From a bacterium (GTDB lineage Bacteria; Patescibacteriota; Gracilibacteria; UBA1369; GCA-2718715), in contig JABJGM010000014.1 in NCBI GenBank assembly GCA_018662325.1, forward strand, positions 8,237 through 72,236: a stretch of 64,000 nt of DNA, in the 5' to 3' direction. Both the position numbers and the translations under genes were made by a program. Each line of letters starts with the position of its first letter. Within the stretch, counting starts at the first letter, position 1. Below are positions 1 to 9,444 of this stretch, one piece after another. The notes under the pieces were generated by a model that was not told where the DNA came from, made no database searches, and saw nothing but the letters and a program-made list of their open reading frames with translations.

Positions 1-233
1 AAATCATGATTTGAAAGATCAGATACTATTTCCGAACATTTTTCAAAATCTAAATCCTTTAAATCAGAAATACTTACCCCCAAATTAAATTCCCTAAAAA
101 TCCTATCTAACTCTAAACTCTCAGAATTAAGACTTTTTAATAATTTATTATAAAGCTTATCCTTTATTTCAGCGGAAGATAATTCAGACTGAGTTAACAA
201 AGAGATACCTTTATTCATTTTTTCTATTGACAT
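1..233 (-). CDS. hypothetical protein (N-terminal part only; C-terminus lies beyond the window start)
   Basis: Minus-strand open frame from ATG (CAT at 231-233) to position 1, translating MSIEKMNKGISLLTQSELSSAEIKDKLYNKLL... It is absent from the ORF track because there is no stop inside the window. No motif recognised. Confidence 0.4.
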   Translation of the reverse strand, partial: MSIEKMNKGISLLTQSELSSAEIKDKLYNKLLKSLNSESLELDRIFREFNLGVSISDLKDLDFEKCSEIVSDLSNHD

Positions 234-311
234 ATTTAAAATTAATCTTAGTGAGACTATACATTCTTTTGAAACTATGTCAAATTAAATATAAGATATC
301 AGCTACAAAAT

Positions 312-339
312 TTGCATTATTTGACAAAAAGAGTAAAAT
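312..339 (+). promoter_or_regulatory. rluD promoter (leaderless start predicted)
   Basis: TTGCAT-N16-TAAAAT. The ATG at 346 begins 7 nt after the -10. Confidence 0.55.
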
Positions 340-345
340 ACAAAT

Positions 346-1266
346 ATGAAAATTACCTATGAAAACGATTTTACTCAGAGAATCGACCAATACCTGACTA
401 GAAAATTAGAAAAATCTAGAAACCAAATCCAAAATTTAATAAAAGATGGTTTTATTTTAGTAAACAATCAAAAAGTTACTAAAAAATACCAAATAAATTT
501 AAATGATGAAATCTCTATTCAATTTCCAGAAGTAAAAATACAAAAAGGAATCCAAGGTAAAATAAACATCGCTTATGAAAACGATGACTTTTTAGCAATT
601 AACAAACCTGCAGATTTATCGGTTCATAACGACATAAACTTAAATCAAGATAGAACATTAGTTGATCTTTTAATTGGAAATAAAATCAAACTATCTTCAA
701 TTGGAGCACCAATCAGACCCGGAATAGTTCATCGATTAGATAAAGATACAAGCGGAATAGTTTTAATAGCTAAAAACGATAAAGCTCACGTGGAGCTTTC
801 AAGTTTATTTTCAGATAAAAAAATTACCAAAACCTATTTATGCTTGGTTCAAAACGTTCCAAAAACTCAGAAAGGAACGATTAACTCACCTATCAAAAGG
901 CATCACGAAGAAAGAACTAAAATGACAATCTCGAGTCAATTTGATGCAAAACCAGCCGTGACACACTTTGAAATTATTCAAAATTACAAATTTCTAGACA
1001 CTTATTACAGTTTACTAAAGGTAAACATAGAAACAGGTAGAACTCATCAGATTAGAGTTCATATGCAAGCAATCGATCACCCTATAGTTGCAGATCAAAA
1101 ATATGGCAACCAAAAAACTAATCAAGACTTCAAAAAAATAGGATTAAATAGACAATTTCTACATGCAGCAAGTTTAGAATTTGAGTTTAAGAAAGAACAT
1201 CATGAAATTGCAACCGAACTACCCGCAGAACTACAACAAATCTTAGATAAACTTACAATTGTTTAA
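346..1266 (+). CDS. rluD: rRNA pseudouridine synthase, RluD/RluA family with S4 domain
   Basis: 306 aa. S4-like N-terminus, catalytic motif HRLDKDTSGIVLIAKN, and TGRTHQIRVH near the C-terminus. Confidence 0.9.
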   Translation: MKITYENDFTQRIDQYLTRKLEKSRNQIQNLIKDGFILVNNQKVTKKYQINLNDEISIQFPEVKIQKGIQGKINIAYENDDFLAINKPADLSVHNDINLNQDRTLVDLLIGNKIKLSSIGAPIRPGIVHRLDKDTSGIVLIAKNDKAHVELSSLFSDKKITKTYLCLVQNVPKTQKGTINSPIKRHHEERTKMTISSQFDAKPAVTHFEIIQNYKFLDTYYSLLKVNIETGRTHQIRVHMQAIDHPIVADQKYGNQKTNQDFKKIGLNRQFLHAASLEFEFKKEHHEIATELPAELQQILDKLTIV

Positions 1267-1978
1267 ACTTTTGTTCTAAAACTTTATTAAAGTTATTCCA
1301 ATTTTCAAATATTAAGATAGAATCAAGTCCGGCTTCCTTAAATTCTTTTTTCAAAGAAGTATATTTACTATACGCAAAAAAATGAAAGCCCATATAAGTA
1401 GAAACTTTATAATCAGTAAGATGATCTCCAATACTTATAATCTGATTAGGCTTTATTCCATCTTTGGAAAGCTTATCATAAACATACATAAACATAGCAG
1501 GTTCAGGTTTCTTTTTAAATCCGTCTTCTTGTGAAACTACAGAAATAAAACCACTTAAATCAAAACCTAGTTGCTGTAATCTCTGTTTCAAACCAAAGCT
1601 TCGATTAGAAACAACAGCAATTTGAATACCAGCAATTTTTAATTCCTTAAACCAATTTTTAAATTCATATTCTGTATAATAATCATAATCAGAATATTTA
1701 GACTTAAATAACTCAAATAGATCAAGAGCTGATAAGGGAAGAGACTTCAAACAATCCAAATTTAAGATTGATTCAAACATATCTACCAGATTAGAATTCA
1801 TCCTTAAAACCTCCATAACTTGAAGCTCATTTAGATCTAAATTGAATTCTAGATCGAAAAGTTTAGATAAAACCTGAAACAAACTTTTATTTGTAGAACT
1901 AATAGTATTATCAAAATCAAAAATAATGGCTTTCACACCATTAAGTTTTAAACTTTCTAAATTTCTTTGAATATCCAT
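1253..1978 (-). CDS. HAD-superfamily hydrolase (phosphatase-like)
   Basis: 241 aa. Motif I IIFDFDNTI (DxDxT), VVSNR, and a K...GDHLTD distal motif. It has a 14-nt convergent overlap with rluD. Confidence 0.75.
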   Translation of the reverse strand: MDIQRNLESLKLNGVKAIIFDFDNTISSTNKSLFQVLSKLFDLEFNLDLNELQVMEVLRMNSNLVDMFESILNLDCLKSLPLSALDLFELFKSKYSDYDYYTEYEFKNWFKELKIAGIQIAVVSNRSFGLKQRLQQLGFDLSGFISVVSQEDGFKKKPEPAMFMYVYDKLSKDGIKPNQIISIGDHLTDYKVSTYMGFHFFAYSKYTSLKKEFKEAGLDSILIFENWNNFNKVLEQKFKQL

Positions 1979-1991
1979 TTACAGAGAATTT

Positions 1992-2016
1992 AAAAAACCC
2001 ACTTTATTGTGGGTTT
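1992..2016 (-). terminator. rho-independent terminator after rplU
   Basis: On the minus strand, AAACCCAC-aataaa-GTGGGTTTTTT. Confidence 0.7.
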
Positions 2017-2020
2017 AGAT

Positions 2021-2335
2021 TTATTTGCAAGAAGTAACCTCTAAAGTTGTTTCATGCTGTCTAGCACTACTATTAATTCGGTATCTTTTCTTAGGTTTCA
2101 TTTTAAAAACTCTAACTTTCTTACCTTTTTGATTTGATACTACTTTAAAAGTAACTTCAGAACCTTCTACGTAAGGAGCTCCAAGTTCAACGGTTTTACC
2201 ATCTTCTGAAAACTTAGCTAAAACCTTATCACATTTAATAGTTTTAGATTCTTCAACGTTTTGATTATTAACAGTCAATACATCACCTTTTTTAACTTTG
2301 TATTGGTGTCCAGCAAATTCTACTACGAAATACAT
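2021..2335 (-). CDS. rplU: 50S ribosomal protein L21
   Basis: 104 aa. The N-terminus MYFVVEFAGHQYKVKKGDVL is typical of bL21, and the tail is basic. No rpmA follows it. Confidence 0.9.
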   Translation of the reverse strand: MYFVVEFAGHQYKVKKGDVLTVNNQNVEESKTIKCDKVLAKFSEDGKTVELGAPYVEGSEVTFKVVSNQKGKKVRVFKMKPKKRYRINSSARQHETTLEVTSCK

Positions 2336-2345
2336 GTTTTACAAT

Positions 2346-2374
2346 TTAATAAATTTCCATCAAATATTAGTCAA
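2346..2374 (-). promoter_or_regulatory. rplU promoter
   Basis: TTGACT-N17-TATTAA on the minus strand. The ATG at 2335 is 11 nt after the -10. Confidence 0.55.
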
Positions 2375-2393
2375 AATAAACATAAAAAGCAAG

Positions 2394-2930
2394 TTATTTT
2401 TTAAAAAACTTATCAAGAGCAACTTCGAAAGCTTCTTCAAAGACTTTAGAAAGATTCTCCAATTCAGATTTATGAAAATCACTAAGAACAAAATCACTTA
2501 ATTTAGACATTCTACCTTCAACTTCTATACCAAGTTTTAAACGAGCAAAATTGTTATCTTTAAGCTTTAAAATAATATCTCTCATACCGTTGTGAGTGCC
2601 AGCAGAACCCTTAGATCTAAATCTAACATCCTGAAAAGACAAATCAATATCATCAAATACAATCATAATATCACTTAAGTCTACTTTGAAATAATTTATT
2701 AGCAAGCTAACAGAATCACCAGATAAATTCATATAGGTTGTAGGCTTTACCAATAAAATCTTTTCACCACCTATAAAACCTTCACTAATATAAGATTTTA
2801 AATTTGATTTTAAGGAAAATTCAGAAAAAGCAAATTTTTGCTTTAAATAATCTAAAAACAAGAAACCTATATTGTGTCTAGTTTTAAAGTATTTAGTACC
2901 AACATTTCCAAGTCCAAAAACTATTTTCAT
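2394..2930 (-). CDS. pth: peptidyl-tRNA hydrolase
   Basis: 178 aa. MKIVFGLGNVG...TRHNIGF (catalytic His), DDIDL and GTHNG motifs. Confidence 0.9.
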   Translation of the reverse strand: MKIVFGLGNVGTKYFKTRHNIGFLFLDYLKQKFAFSEFSLKSNLKSYISEGFIGGEKILLVKPTTYMNLSGDSVSLLINYFKVDLSDIMIVFDDIDLSFQDVRFRSKGSAGTHNGMRDIILKLKDNNFARLKLGIEVEGRMSKLSDFVLSDFHKSELENLSKVFEEAFEVALDKFFKK

Positions 2931-2941
2931 ATATATAAAAA

Positions 2942-4300
2942 TTATTCGCCTCTATATATTAACTCTTTTGAATCAATTAAGACAATATCCCCAACTTTTA
3001 TTCCTGCTCTTCTTAAATCTTTATTAATACCAAGCTTATTAATTACATCGTATACACGAGCTAAAGCTTGTCTATTAGTATAATCAGTCATATTTGATAT
3101 TTGCTCAAGACGTGGACACTTAATCTCAAAAATCGATGCTGTGTACTCATTGTCCATAAACTGATCAGAATGAGTTTTTTCACCAACTTTTTCAACAGTG
3201 AAAGCTTTTGGATTTTTAAGATGTGGAGTATACGTAGTAACGTCTGCTTCTACATCGTTTAATTCAATTTCCTCTATTATTTTAGTTCTATGAGAAACTA
3301 TAAAATCATACAGATCAAAAATCAAAGAATTTAAATTTTTATGGGTAACAGCTGAAACACAATAATATTTATTTTTTAATTTTGGAAATTTTTCAAAAAA
3401 CTCTTCTAGTTTAAAACTCAACTCTTCCTCATCAATCGCATCTATTTTATTGAAAACTAAAAACTGAGGTCTAGTAGCTAATTCAGATGAGAACTTCTTT
3501 AACTCATTATTAATAACTGAGTAGTTATCAATGAAATTATCATCTAAAATATCAACTAAATGAATTAAAATAGGAGCCCTCTGTACATGTCTTAAGAATT
3601 GAATACCAAGACCCTTACCAGTTGAAGCACCTTCAATCAAACCAGGTATATCTGCAACAACAAAACTTCCATCTTGATTTTTATCAAACTCAGACAATTT
3701 AACTACACCTAAATTTGGAATCAAAGTAGTGAAAGGATAATCAGCAATTTTAGGTTTTGCATTTGAAACAACTGAAATCAAAGTTGACTTACCTGCCGAA
3801 GGGATTCCAATAATTGCACAATCTGCTACTAACTGTAATTCTAAATCAACCTCAACTCCTTGACCTTCTTCTCCAAGCTCCGCAAACTTAGGCGCTTGCC
3901 TTGTAGATGTTTTAAAATGAGAGTTACCAAATCCTCCTTTACCCCCTTTGGCAACTAACACACGAGTGTTAGGTTCGTTTAAATCAAAAATTAATTCTTT
4001 AGTTAAAGAATCAATAATCTTAGTCCCTAAAGGAACTTTTAAAACTAAGTCTTCTCCAGCTTTACCAGCACAATTTTTCTTAGCACCACCTGTTCCGTTT
4101 GAAGATTCAAAATGCTTAGTAGATAAATAATCGGAAAGAGTATTTAAATTCAAATCTACTTCAAAGAAAATATTTCCACCGGATCCACCGTTTCCACCAT
4201 CGGGACCTCCCCATGGTTCGAATTTCTCTCTTCTAAATGAAACAAGTCCATCCCCTCCTTTACCAGCTTTTACTTTTATCGAAGCTTCATCTGAAAACAT
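2942..4300 (-). CDS. obg: GTPase Obg
   Basis: The ORF track extends to 4408, but the Obg fold begins at the internal Met at 4300 (MFSDEASIKVKAGKGGDGLVSFRREKF). Glycine-rich Obg domain, G1 GIPSAGKST, G3 DIPG, G4 NKID, and an OCT-like C-terminal domain. Confidence 0.9.
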   Translation of the reverse strand: MFSDEASIKVKAGKGGDGLVSFRREKFEPWGGPDGGNGGSGGNIFFEVDLNLNTLSDYLSTKHFESSNGTGGAKKNCAGKAGEDLVLKVPLGTKIIDSLTKELIFDLNEPNTRVLVAKGGKGGFGNSHFKTSTRQAPKFAELGEEGQGVEVDLELQLVADCAIIGIPSAGKSTLISVVSNAKPKIADYPFTTLIPNLGVVKLSEFDKNQDGSFVVADIPGLIEGASTGKGLGIQFLRHVQRAPILIHLVDILDDNFIDNYSVINNELKKFSSELATRPQFLVFNKIDAIDEEELSFKLEEFFEKFPKLKNKYYCVSAVTHKNLNSLIFDLYDFIVSHRTKIIEEIELNDVEADVTTYTPHLKNPKAFTVEKVGEKTHSDQFMDNEYTASIFEIKCPRLEQISNMTDYTNRQALARVYDVINKLGINKDLRRAGIKVGDIVLIDSKELIYRGE

Positions 4301-4355
4301 TTTATATAGATTATTTAAATAAAAAACTTTATAATAAGACCTTATAACAAAGTTT

Positions 4356-5027
4356 ATGGAAAAACAAGTCCCAAACCTACAAATAAGCTTTGATTTAAAA
4401 TCAATCAATCAAAAAGAAGAAACCCTTAAAGACGAACTTTTATCCTATAATTTTCTTAAAGAAAACATTCAAGGTTTTATAAGGTTACAAATATTCACAA
4501 GAATGCTACACCCGCTAAGAAGAGTTACAACTTTAGACTACAATAGAATATTCCTACAACACATTGAAAGTTCTAATTTTCAGTTTAATATTCTTCAAGA
4601 TAGCCAACATTTTACATTTGAAAAATTTATAGAAATGCAAAAATTACTATTTATAATCAAAAAACTCAATGGAACAACCTGTTCTTTCAATACAAAAAAA
4701 ATAAACATACTCTCTAGTGTCACTCATTTACAAGCAGACTACTTATATGATTTGAAAAGCAGTTTGCTAGATATAACTCCAGCAAATGATAAGATTCCTA
4801 GCGAAAAATTAGAAAAGATACACTTTTACTTATTATCTATCTTATTTAAATTAATCAATACACAAACTATACCTCACTATATTTCACACGAAACACTAAC
4901 CGAATTGGAACTTTCAAGTGTTAGAGATTTTTACCCACAACTATTAGAACTATGCTTTTTAAATCACTCAGAAACAATGCTCAAGAACTGTCACTTCGAA
5001 GAACATTTCAAATTAACCTACCACTAA
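4356..5027 (+). CDS. hypothetical protein
   Basis: 223-aa ORF abutting pepP (TAA then ATG). No recognisable motif. Confidence 0.5.
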   Translation: MEKQVPNLQISFDLKSINQKEETLKDELLSYNFLKENIQGFIRLQIFTRMLHPLRRVTTLDYNRIFLQHIESSNFQFNILQDSQHFTFEKFIEMQKLLFIIKKLNGTTCSFNTKKINILSSVTHLQADYLYDLKSSLLDITPANDKIPSEKLEKIHFYLLSILFKLINTQTIPHYISHETLTELELSSVRDFYPQLLELCFLNHSETMLKNCHFEEHFKLTYH

Positions 5028-6011
5028 ATGAAAGCCATATTAATAACTGATAAAAACAACTTAAAGTATATAACTAAAAAGAATTACAGCAATATGTTTG
5101 TAATCTTAATTGATAATGAAAAACATTTATTTACAGACCAAAGATACAAAATTGCAACTAAAGAATGTACGGACTTTAAAGTTTGGATATATACAAATCT
5201 AAAAGAAACAATTCAAGAATTTCTAAAAACAAATCCGATTCAAAAACTAATGTTTGAACCAACTGACTTAACAATATCTAAACACAAATCATTCAAGAGA
5301 TTTTTTAAAGGAGTAGAATTTAAACCCCTAAAAGAAAACCCGGTTTTCACCGAAAGAAAATTCAAAACACAAGAAGAAATCGAAAACATAAAAGAAGCAC
5401 AAAAATTAAATGAAAAAATCTACCTACTTGCAACAAAAAAAATTAAAGAAGGTGTTACCGAAAAACAAATAGCAAATTTTATTAAAATCCAAGCCTTAAA
5501 AGAGAATTCAGAAATTTCATTTGAACCTATAGTAGGTTTTGCGTATAACTCTGGAAATATTCATCACACCCCTACTAACAAAGAATACAAAAACGGAGAC
5601 TGTGTATTAATAGACATGGGAGTAAAATACAAAGATTACTGCTCTGATATGACAAGAGTAATACCATCTAAAAACAAAGATTACCAAAATCACTATAATT
5701 TCTTGAAAAATTTAATCAAAAATATAGAAAATAATTTTAGTCAATTTAAAACCCTAGAAGACCTAGATGAATTCACCAGCAAAGAATATGAGAAATTAGA
5801 AAATATAAACCTTCCTCATTCATTAGGCCATGGAATAGGAATACAAGTTCACGAAAAGCCATTTTTTGGAGAAAAAACCAAAATAGAAGATGGACTAGTG
5901 TTTACCATAGAACCAGGAATATACATACCAGGAAAGTATGGGATTAGACTTGAAAACATTTATTACATACATAAAAACAAGCTCACAAATTGCAACACTT
6001 TAGATCTTTAA
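5028..6011 (+). CDS. Xaa-Pro aminopeptidase / M24 family peptidase
   Basis: 327 aa. Creatinase-like N-domain plus pita-bread domain, with metal-ligand contexts DMGVKYKDYCSDMTR, HSLGHGIGIQVHE, FTIEPGIY and IRLEN. Confidence 0.85.
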   Translation: MKAILITDKNNLKYITKKNYSNMFVILIDNEKHLFTDQRYKIATKECTDFKVWIYTNLKETIQEFLKTNPIQKLMFEPTDLTISKHKSFKRFFKGVEFKPLKENPVFTERKFKTQEEIENIKEAQKLNEKIYLLATKKIKEGVTEKQIANFIKIQALKENSEISFEPIVGFAYNSGNIHHTPTNKEYKNGDCVLIDMGVKYKDYCSDMTRVIPSKNKDYQNHYNFLKNLIKNIENNFSQFKTLEDLDEFTSKEYEKLENINLPHSLGHGIGIQVHEKPFFGEKTKIEDGLVFTIEPGIYIPGKYGIRLENIYYIHKNKLTNCNTLDL

Positions 6012-6030
6012 TTCTGTCAACAAGAGAGTT

Positions 6031-6059
6031 TTGACTACAAAAAGCATGCAAGGTAAATT
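6031..6059 (+). promoter_or_regulatory. glmS promoter
   Basis: TTGACT-N17-TAAATT. ATG at 6082. Confidence 0.55.
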
Positions 6060-6081
6060 GATATCATCTAACCTTAATATC

Positions 6082-7860
6082 ATGTGTGGTATTTTTTGCT
6101 TTTCTTCGAATGAAGAAATAAACTCAAACATAGGCATAAACGGACTAAAAAAACTTGAATACAGAGGCTATGACTCCTTTGGAGCTTTCCAAATCAACAA
6201 CAATAAAATAAATCTCACAAAAGAGATTGGGGAAGTGGAAAAGTTTTCATTTACCGAAGATATAAAGACAAAGTATTTTCTGTCCCATACAAGATGGGCA
6301 ACCCACGGAAAAGTCAGCCAAGAAAATTCACATCCTCATTTATCAAATGATTCAAATATAATAATAGTTCACAATGGAATAATTGAAAACTTCCAAGAAC
6401 TAAAAGATTCCCTAATCAACAAAGGATATAAATTTAAATCACAAACAGATACGGAAGTTATCAGCAACCTAATCCAAGAAGAACTAATCACTCAGAGCAA
6501 CTTTCTTAAAGCTACCAATGAAATCTGTAAAAAACTCGCAGGAAGATATTCATTTGTGGCTTTTAATGTTAAAACAAAAGAAATGATCGGCGCAAGAAAC
6601 GGATCTCCTTTAATCATTGGGAAAAAGGGTAATTCAATTTTCATATCATCTGATGCTCCAGCTTTTTTTGATATCACAAATACAGTTTCATATATTGACG
6701 ATGGTCAAATTGCGTATGTAAATCAAAAACTAAAAAAAGATTGTATTTTTTACAAAATGAACAACTTAGAAGAAATATATAAAAAAGAAATAAAAATCGA
6801 AACAGAAAATCAGAATGTTCATAAAGAAAACTTTAAACATTATATGCTTAAAGAAATAATGGAACAAAAATATACAATCAAAAGAGCTATAGAAACAAAC
6901 AAAGAAGCAATCACAAAACTTGCAAACCTAATTAACGAAAAGAAAAAAGTGTATTTTATAGGATGCGGAACTTCAGCTTTTGTAGGACAAAGTAGCAAAT
7001 ATATTTTTCATGATATTGCAAATCTAAAAACAGACTTTGAAATCTCAAGCGAATTTAAGTCTATTCAAAATTTCATAGACAAAGATACAGTTGTAATAGG
7101 ACTATCGCAAAGCGGTGAAACCATAGATACAATTGAGGCACTTGAAATAGCCAAATCAAAAGGAGCAACAACAGCCTGCATTGTTAACAACGAAAACTCT
7201 ACTATGTATAGATTTTGCGACACTGCAATACCAGTAAAAGCTGGAGCCGAAATAGCAGTAGCATCTACAAAAAGCACAACATCCAAAATGGCAATATTAA
7301 TCCTGACAGCTTATAGCTGCATTAATAAGCAAAAAATAGGCCTTAGTGAACTAATAAAAAACCAAGCACTAATAAACGATATGCTTAACCCAGGATTCGA
7401 AGAACATATTATACAAATAGCTAAGAAATTTTTTCACCACAAGCATATGTTTGTAATTGGCAAAGGTTATAATTTTATTGTCGCATTAGAGGGAGCTTTA
7501 AAGATCAAAGAATTAAGCTATATTAACACTCAAGCCTTTCAAGCTGGAGAGCTAAAACACGGATCAATTGCGTTAATAGAAAAAGGAACTCCTGTAATTG
7601 CTATTGCACCTAAAGATTGTAATCAAAACGATGTACTAACAAGCGCTCATGAAATAAAATCAAGAGGAGGAGTAATCATTGGTTTATCTGAAAATAAATC
7701 GGAAGTTTTTGATGAATTTATAAAAGTTCCAAACTGCAAAGAAGGAAACTTAATGGCATACACTATCCCCCTTCAAATATTCTCCTATCACTTAGCAAAC
7801 TTCAATAAATTCAACCCAGACAAACCAAGAAATTTAGCAAAATGTGTTACGGTTAAATAA
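6082..7860 (+). CDS. glmS: glutamine--fructose-6-phosphate aminotransferase
   Basis: Start moved from the ORF-track TTG at 6031 to the ATG at 6082, so the protein begins MCGIF (N-terminal Cys nucleophile). Two SIS domains (GCGTS, SQSGET) and a C-terminal ...CVTVK. Confidence 0.95.
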   Translation: MCGIFCFSSNEEINSNIGINGLKKLEYRGYDSFGAFQINNNKINLTKEIGEVEKFSFTEDIKTKYFLSHTRWATHGKVSQENSHPHLSNDSNIIIVHNGIIENFQELKDSLINKGYKFKSQTDTEVISNLIQEELITQSNFLKATNEICKKLAGRYSFVAFNVKTKEMIGARNGSPLIIGKKGNSIFISSDAPAFFDITNTVSYIDDGQIAYVNQKLKKDCIFYKMNNLEEIYKKEIKIETENQNVHKENFKHYMLKEIMEQKYTIKRAIETNKEAITKLANLINEKKKVYFIGCGTSAFVGQSSKYIFHDIANLKTDFEISSEFKSIQNFIDKDTVVIGLSQSGETIDTIEALEIAKSKGATTACIVNNENSTMYRFCDTAIPVKAGAEIAVASTKSTTSKMAILILTAYSCINKQKIGLSELIKNQALINDMLNPGFEEHIIQIAKKFFHHKHMFVIGKGYNFIVALEGALKIKELSYINTQAFQAGELKHGSIALIEKGTPVIAIAPKDCNQNDVLTSAHEIKSRGGVIIGLSENKSEVFDEFIKVPNCKEGNLMAYTIPLQIFSYHLANFNKFNPDKPRNLAKCVTVK

Positions 7861-7974
7861 AATAAAAAAGATCTTAAAGGCGAAGTTTTTGAAAATTATA
7901 AAATTATACGTCAAGAAAAAAATTTTTATAAATACTGCAAATAATGCTAAAAATTAATAGTAACTTTGAATTTT

Positions 7975-8946
7975 ATGAAAGAAATAATAATAACAACTTT
8001 AGGTCCAAGTTCTCATGACATAAGCACTATAAAAGAACTTATTAAAGCAGGAACTTCGCACTTTAGATTAAATATGTCGCACGGAACAATTGCAGATCAC
8101 AAAACATTAATTTCTTACATAGAAGCTGCAAATAAGAATTTAAAAACAAAGACTGAAATAATAATCGATTTACCAGGACCGAAATTTAGAATAGAAAAAG
8201 TTAATGAACTAAAATCAAAACAAAATGTTTACATCACAGACCAAAATCTAAGAAACAGTTTCTCTATAAACATAAAAGAAATATACGATCAAATCCAGGA
8301 AGGGCAAATAATTTACATTAGAGATGGAGAAATAAAATTAAAAGTTGAAAAAATAAACTTTGATGAAAAAATTATCCAATGTGAATATTTAGTATACGGA
8401 GAAATAAAACCTGAAAACGGTTTAAATTTCATAGAAAGTAATTTAAAAATACCTATTATTAAACCTCAAGATATTTGCTTTTTAGAGCTAGCGGAAAGTC
8501 AAAATATCACAAACTTTATGCTAAGCTTTGTTAACGTAGCTAGCGATATTCAAAATGCAAAAAAATTACTTCCAGCTAACTCAACTATATTTACTAAAAT
8601 AGAGACTAAAAAAGCTATATCAAACTTAAGTAAGATAATAAAAGAAAGCAACTACCTAGTAATTGCCAGAGGTGATCTAGGGGTTGAAACCGACTTATTT
8701 ATGCTACCTCAAACAACATTAAAAATAATTGAAAAAGCTAAAAAAGAAAAAATTCCATGTGTTTATGCAACTGAAATATTAAAAAGTATGATCACAAATT
8801 CAAGACCCTCAAGAGCCGAAGTAACAGATATGTATTTCGCTATTACAAATGGAGTAAGAAACTTTCTAGTATCAAATGAAACAGCCATTGGATTATATCC
8901 TATAAAATGTATAGAAACTATAAAAACTATGCTGTCAAAGCATTAA
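7975..8946 (+). CDS. pyk: pyruvate kinase, A+B domains only (no C-terminal domain)
   Basis: About 324 aa. TLGPSS, RLNMSHG, TKIETKKA, ARGDLGVE and YATEILKSM motifs. The ORF ends right after the TIM-barrel. The ATG at 7975 is preferred over the TTG at 7966 because of leader length. Confidence 0.8.
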   Translation: MKEIIITTLGPSSHDISTIKELIKAGTSHFRLNMSHGTIADHKTLISYIEAANKNLKTKTEIIIDLPGPKFRIEKVNELKSKQNVYITDQNLRNSFSINIKEIYDQIQEGQIIYIRDGEIKLKVEKINFDEKIIQCEYLVYGEIKPENGLNFIESNLKIPIIKPQDICFLELAESQNITNFMLSFVNVASDIQNAKKLLPANSTIFTKIETKKAISNLSKIIKESNYLVIARGDLGVETDLFMLPQTTLKIIEKAKKEKIPCVYATEILKSMITNSRPSRAEVTDMYFAITNGVRNFLVSNETAIGLYPIKCIETIKTMLSKH

Positions 8947-9393
8947 ACACAGTGCTATTGCGTCAATACTATCATCTATTATCTTACCAGAAGATTTTAG
9001 TTTTAACTGTCTAAAGACCATTTCTTTCACCTGATCTTTAGATGCATTTCCATCACCTGTAACCGCAAGCTTCATTTGACTGGGAGAGACATCTATTACC
9101 TCAACACCATTTTTTACACACTCTAAACAAATCACTCCTCTACTTTGAGCAACATCAATCGCAGTTTTCTGGTTATTACTAAAGAAAACTTTTTCAATTA
9201 CAGCCTTTTGGGGTTCAAACTTTTTAATGATCTGCTCTAAATCTCTTGAGATTTCAAAAATTCTTTCATATAAATGCATAGATTTATCAGTTGAAATTAA
9301 ACAACTGAAAATATATTTATATTGATTATTAACCTTTTCCAAAATACAAACTCCCACTCTATCAAATCCTGGATCAATACCTAAAATTCTCAT
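8935..9393 (-). CDS. ruvC: Holliday junction resolvase RuvC
   Basis: 152 aa. MRILGIDPGFDRVG, IEKVFF and C-terminal DDSIDAIA catalytic acidic motifs. Confidence 0.9.
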   Translation of the reverse strand: MRILGIDPGFDRVGVCILEKVNNQYKYIFSCLISTDKSMHLYERIFEISRDLEQIIKKFEPQKAVIEKVFFSNNQKTAIDVAQSRGVICLECVKNGVEVIDVSPSQMKLAVTGDGNASKDQVKEMVFRQLKLKSSGKIIDDSIDAIALCLML

Positions 9394-9444
9394 ATATTTT
9401 TTTTATAATTTATATTATTATATATCCAAACCAAATAAATTTAA

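Noticed and set aside
4301-4408. The N-terminal extension of Obg proposed by the ORF track, together with the TTG starts at 6031 and 17459.
   Set aside because: The conserved Obg, GlmS (MCGIF) and paralog (MSN..) N-termini begin at internal ATGs. The TTG codons at 6031 and 17459 coincide with -35 hexamers, and the extra Obg residues are hydrophobic junk overlapping the divergent gene.
6012-6081. A possible glmS ribozyme upstream of glmS.
   Set aside because: Only 70 nt separate pepP and glmS, and that stretch is occupied by a TTGACT-N17-TAAATT promoter. This is far too short for the roughly 170-nt ribozyme, and no conserved core is visible.
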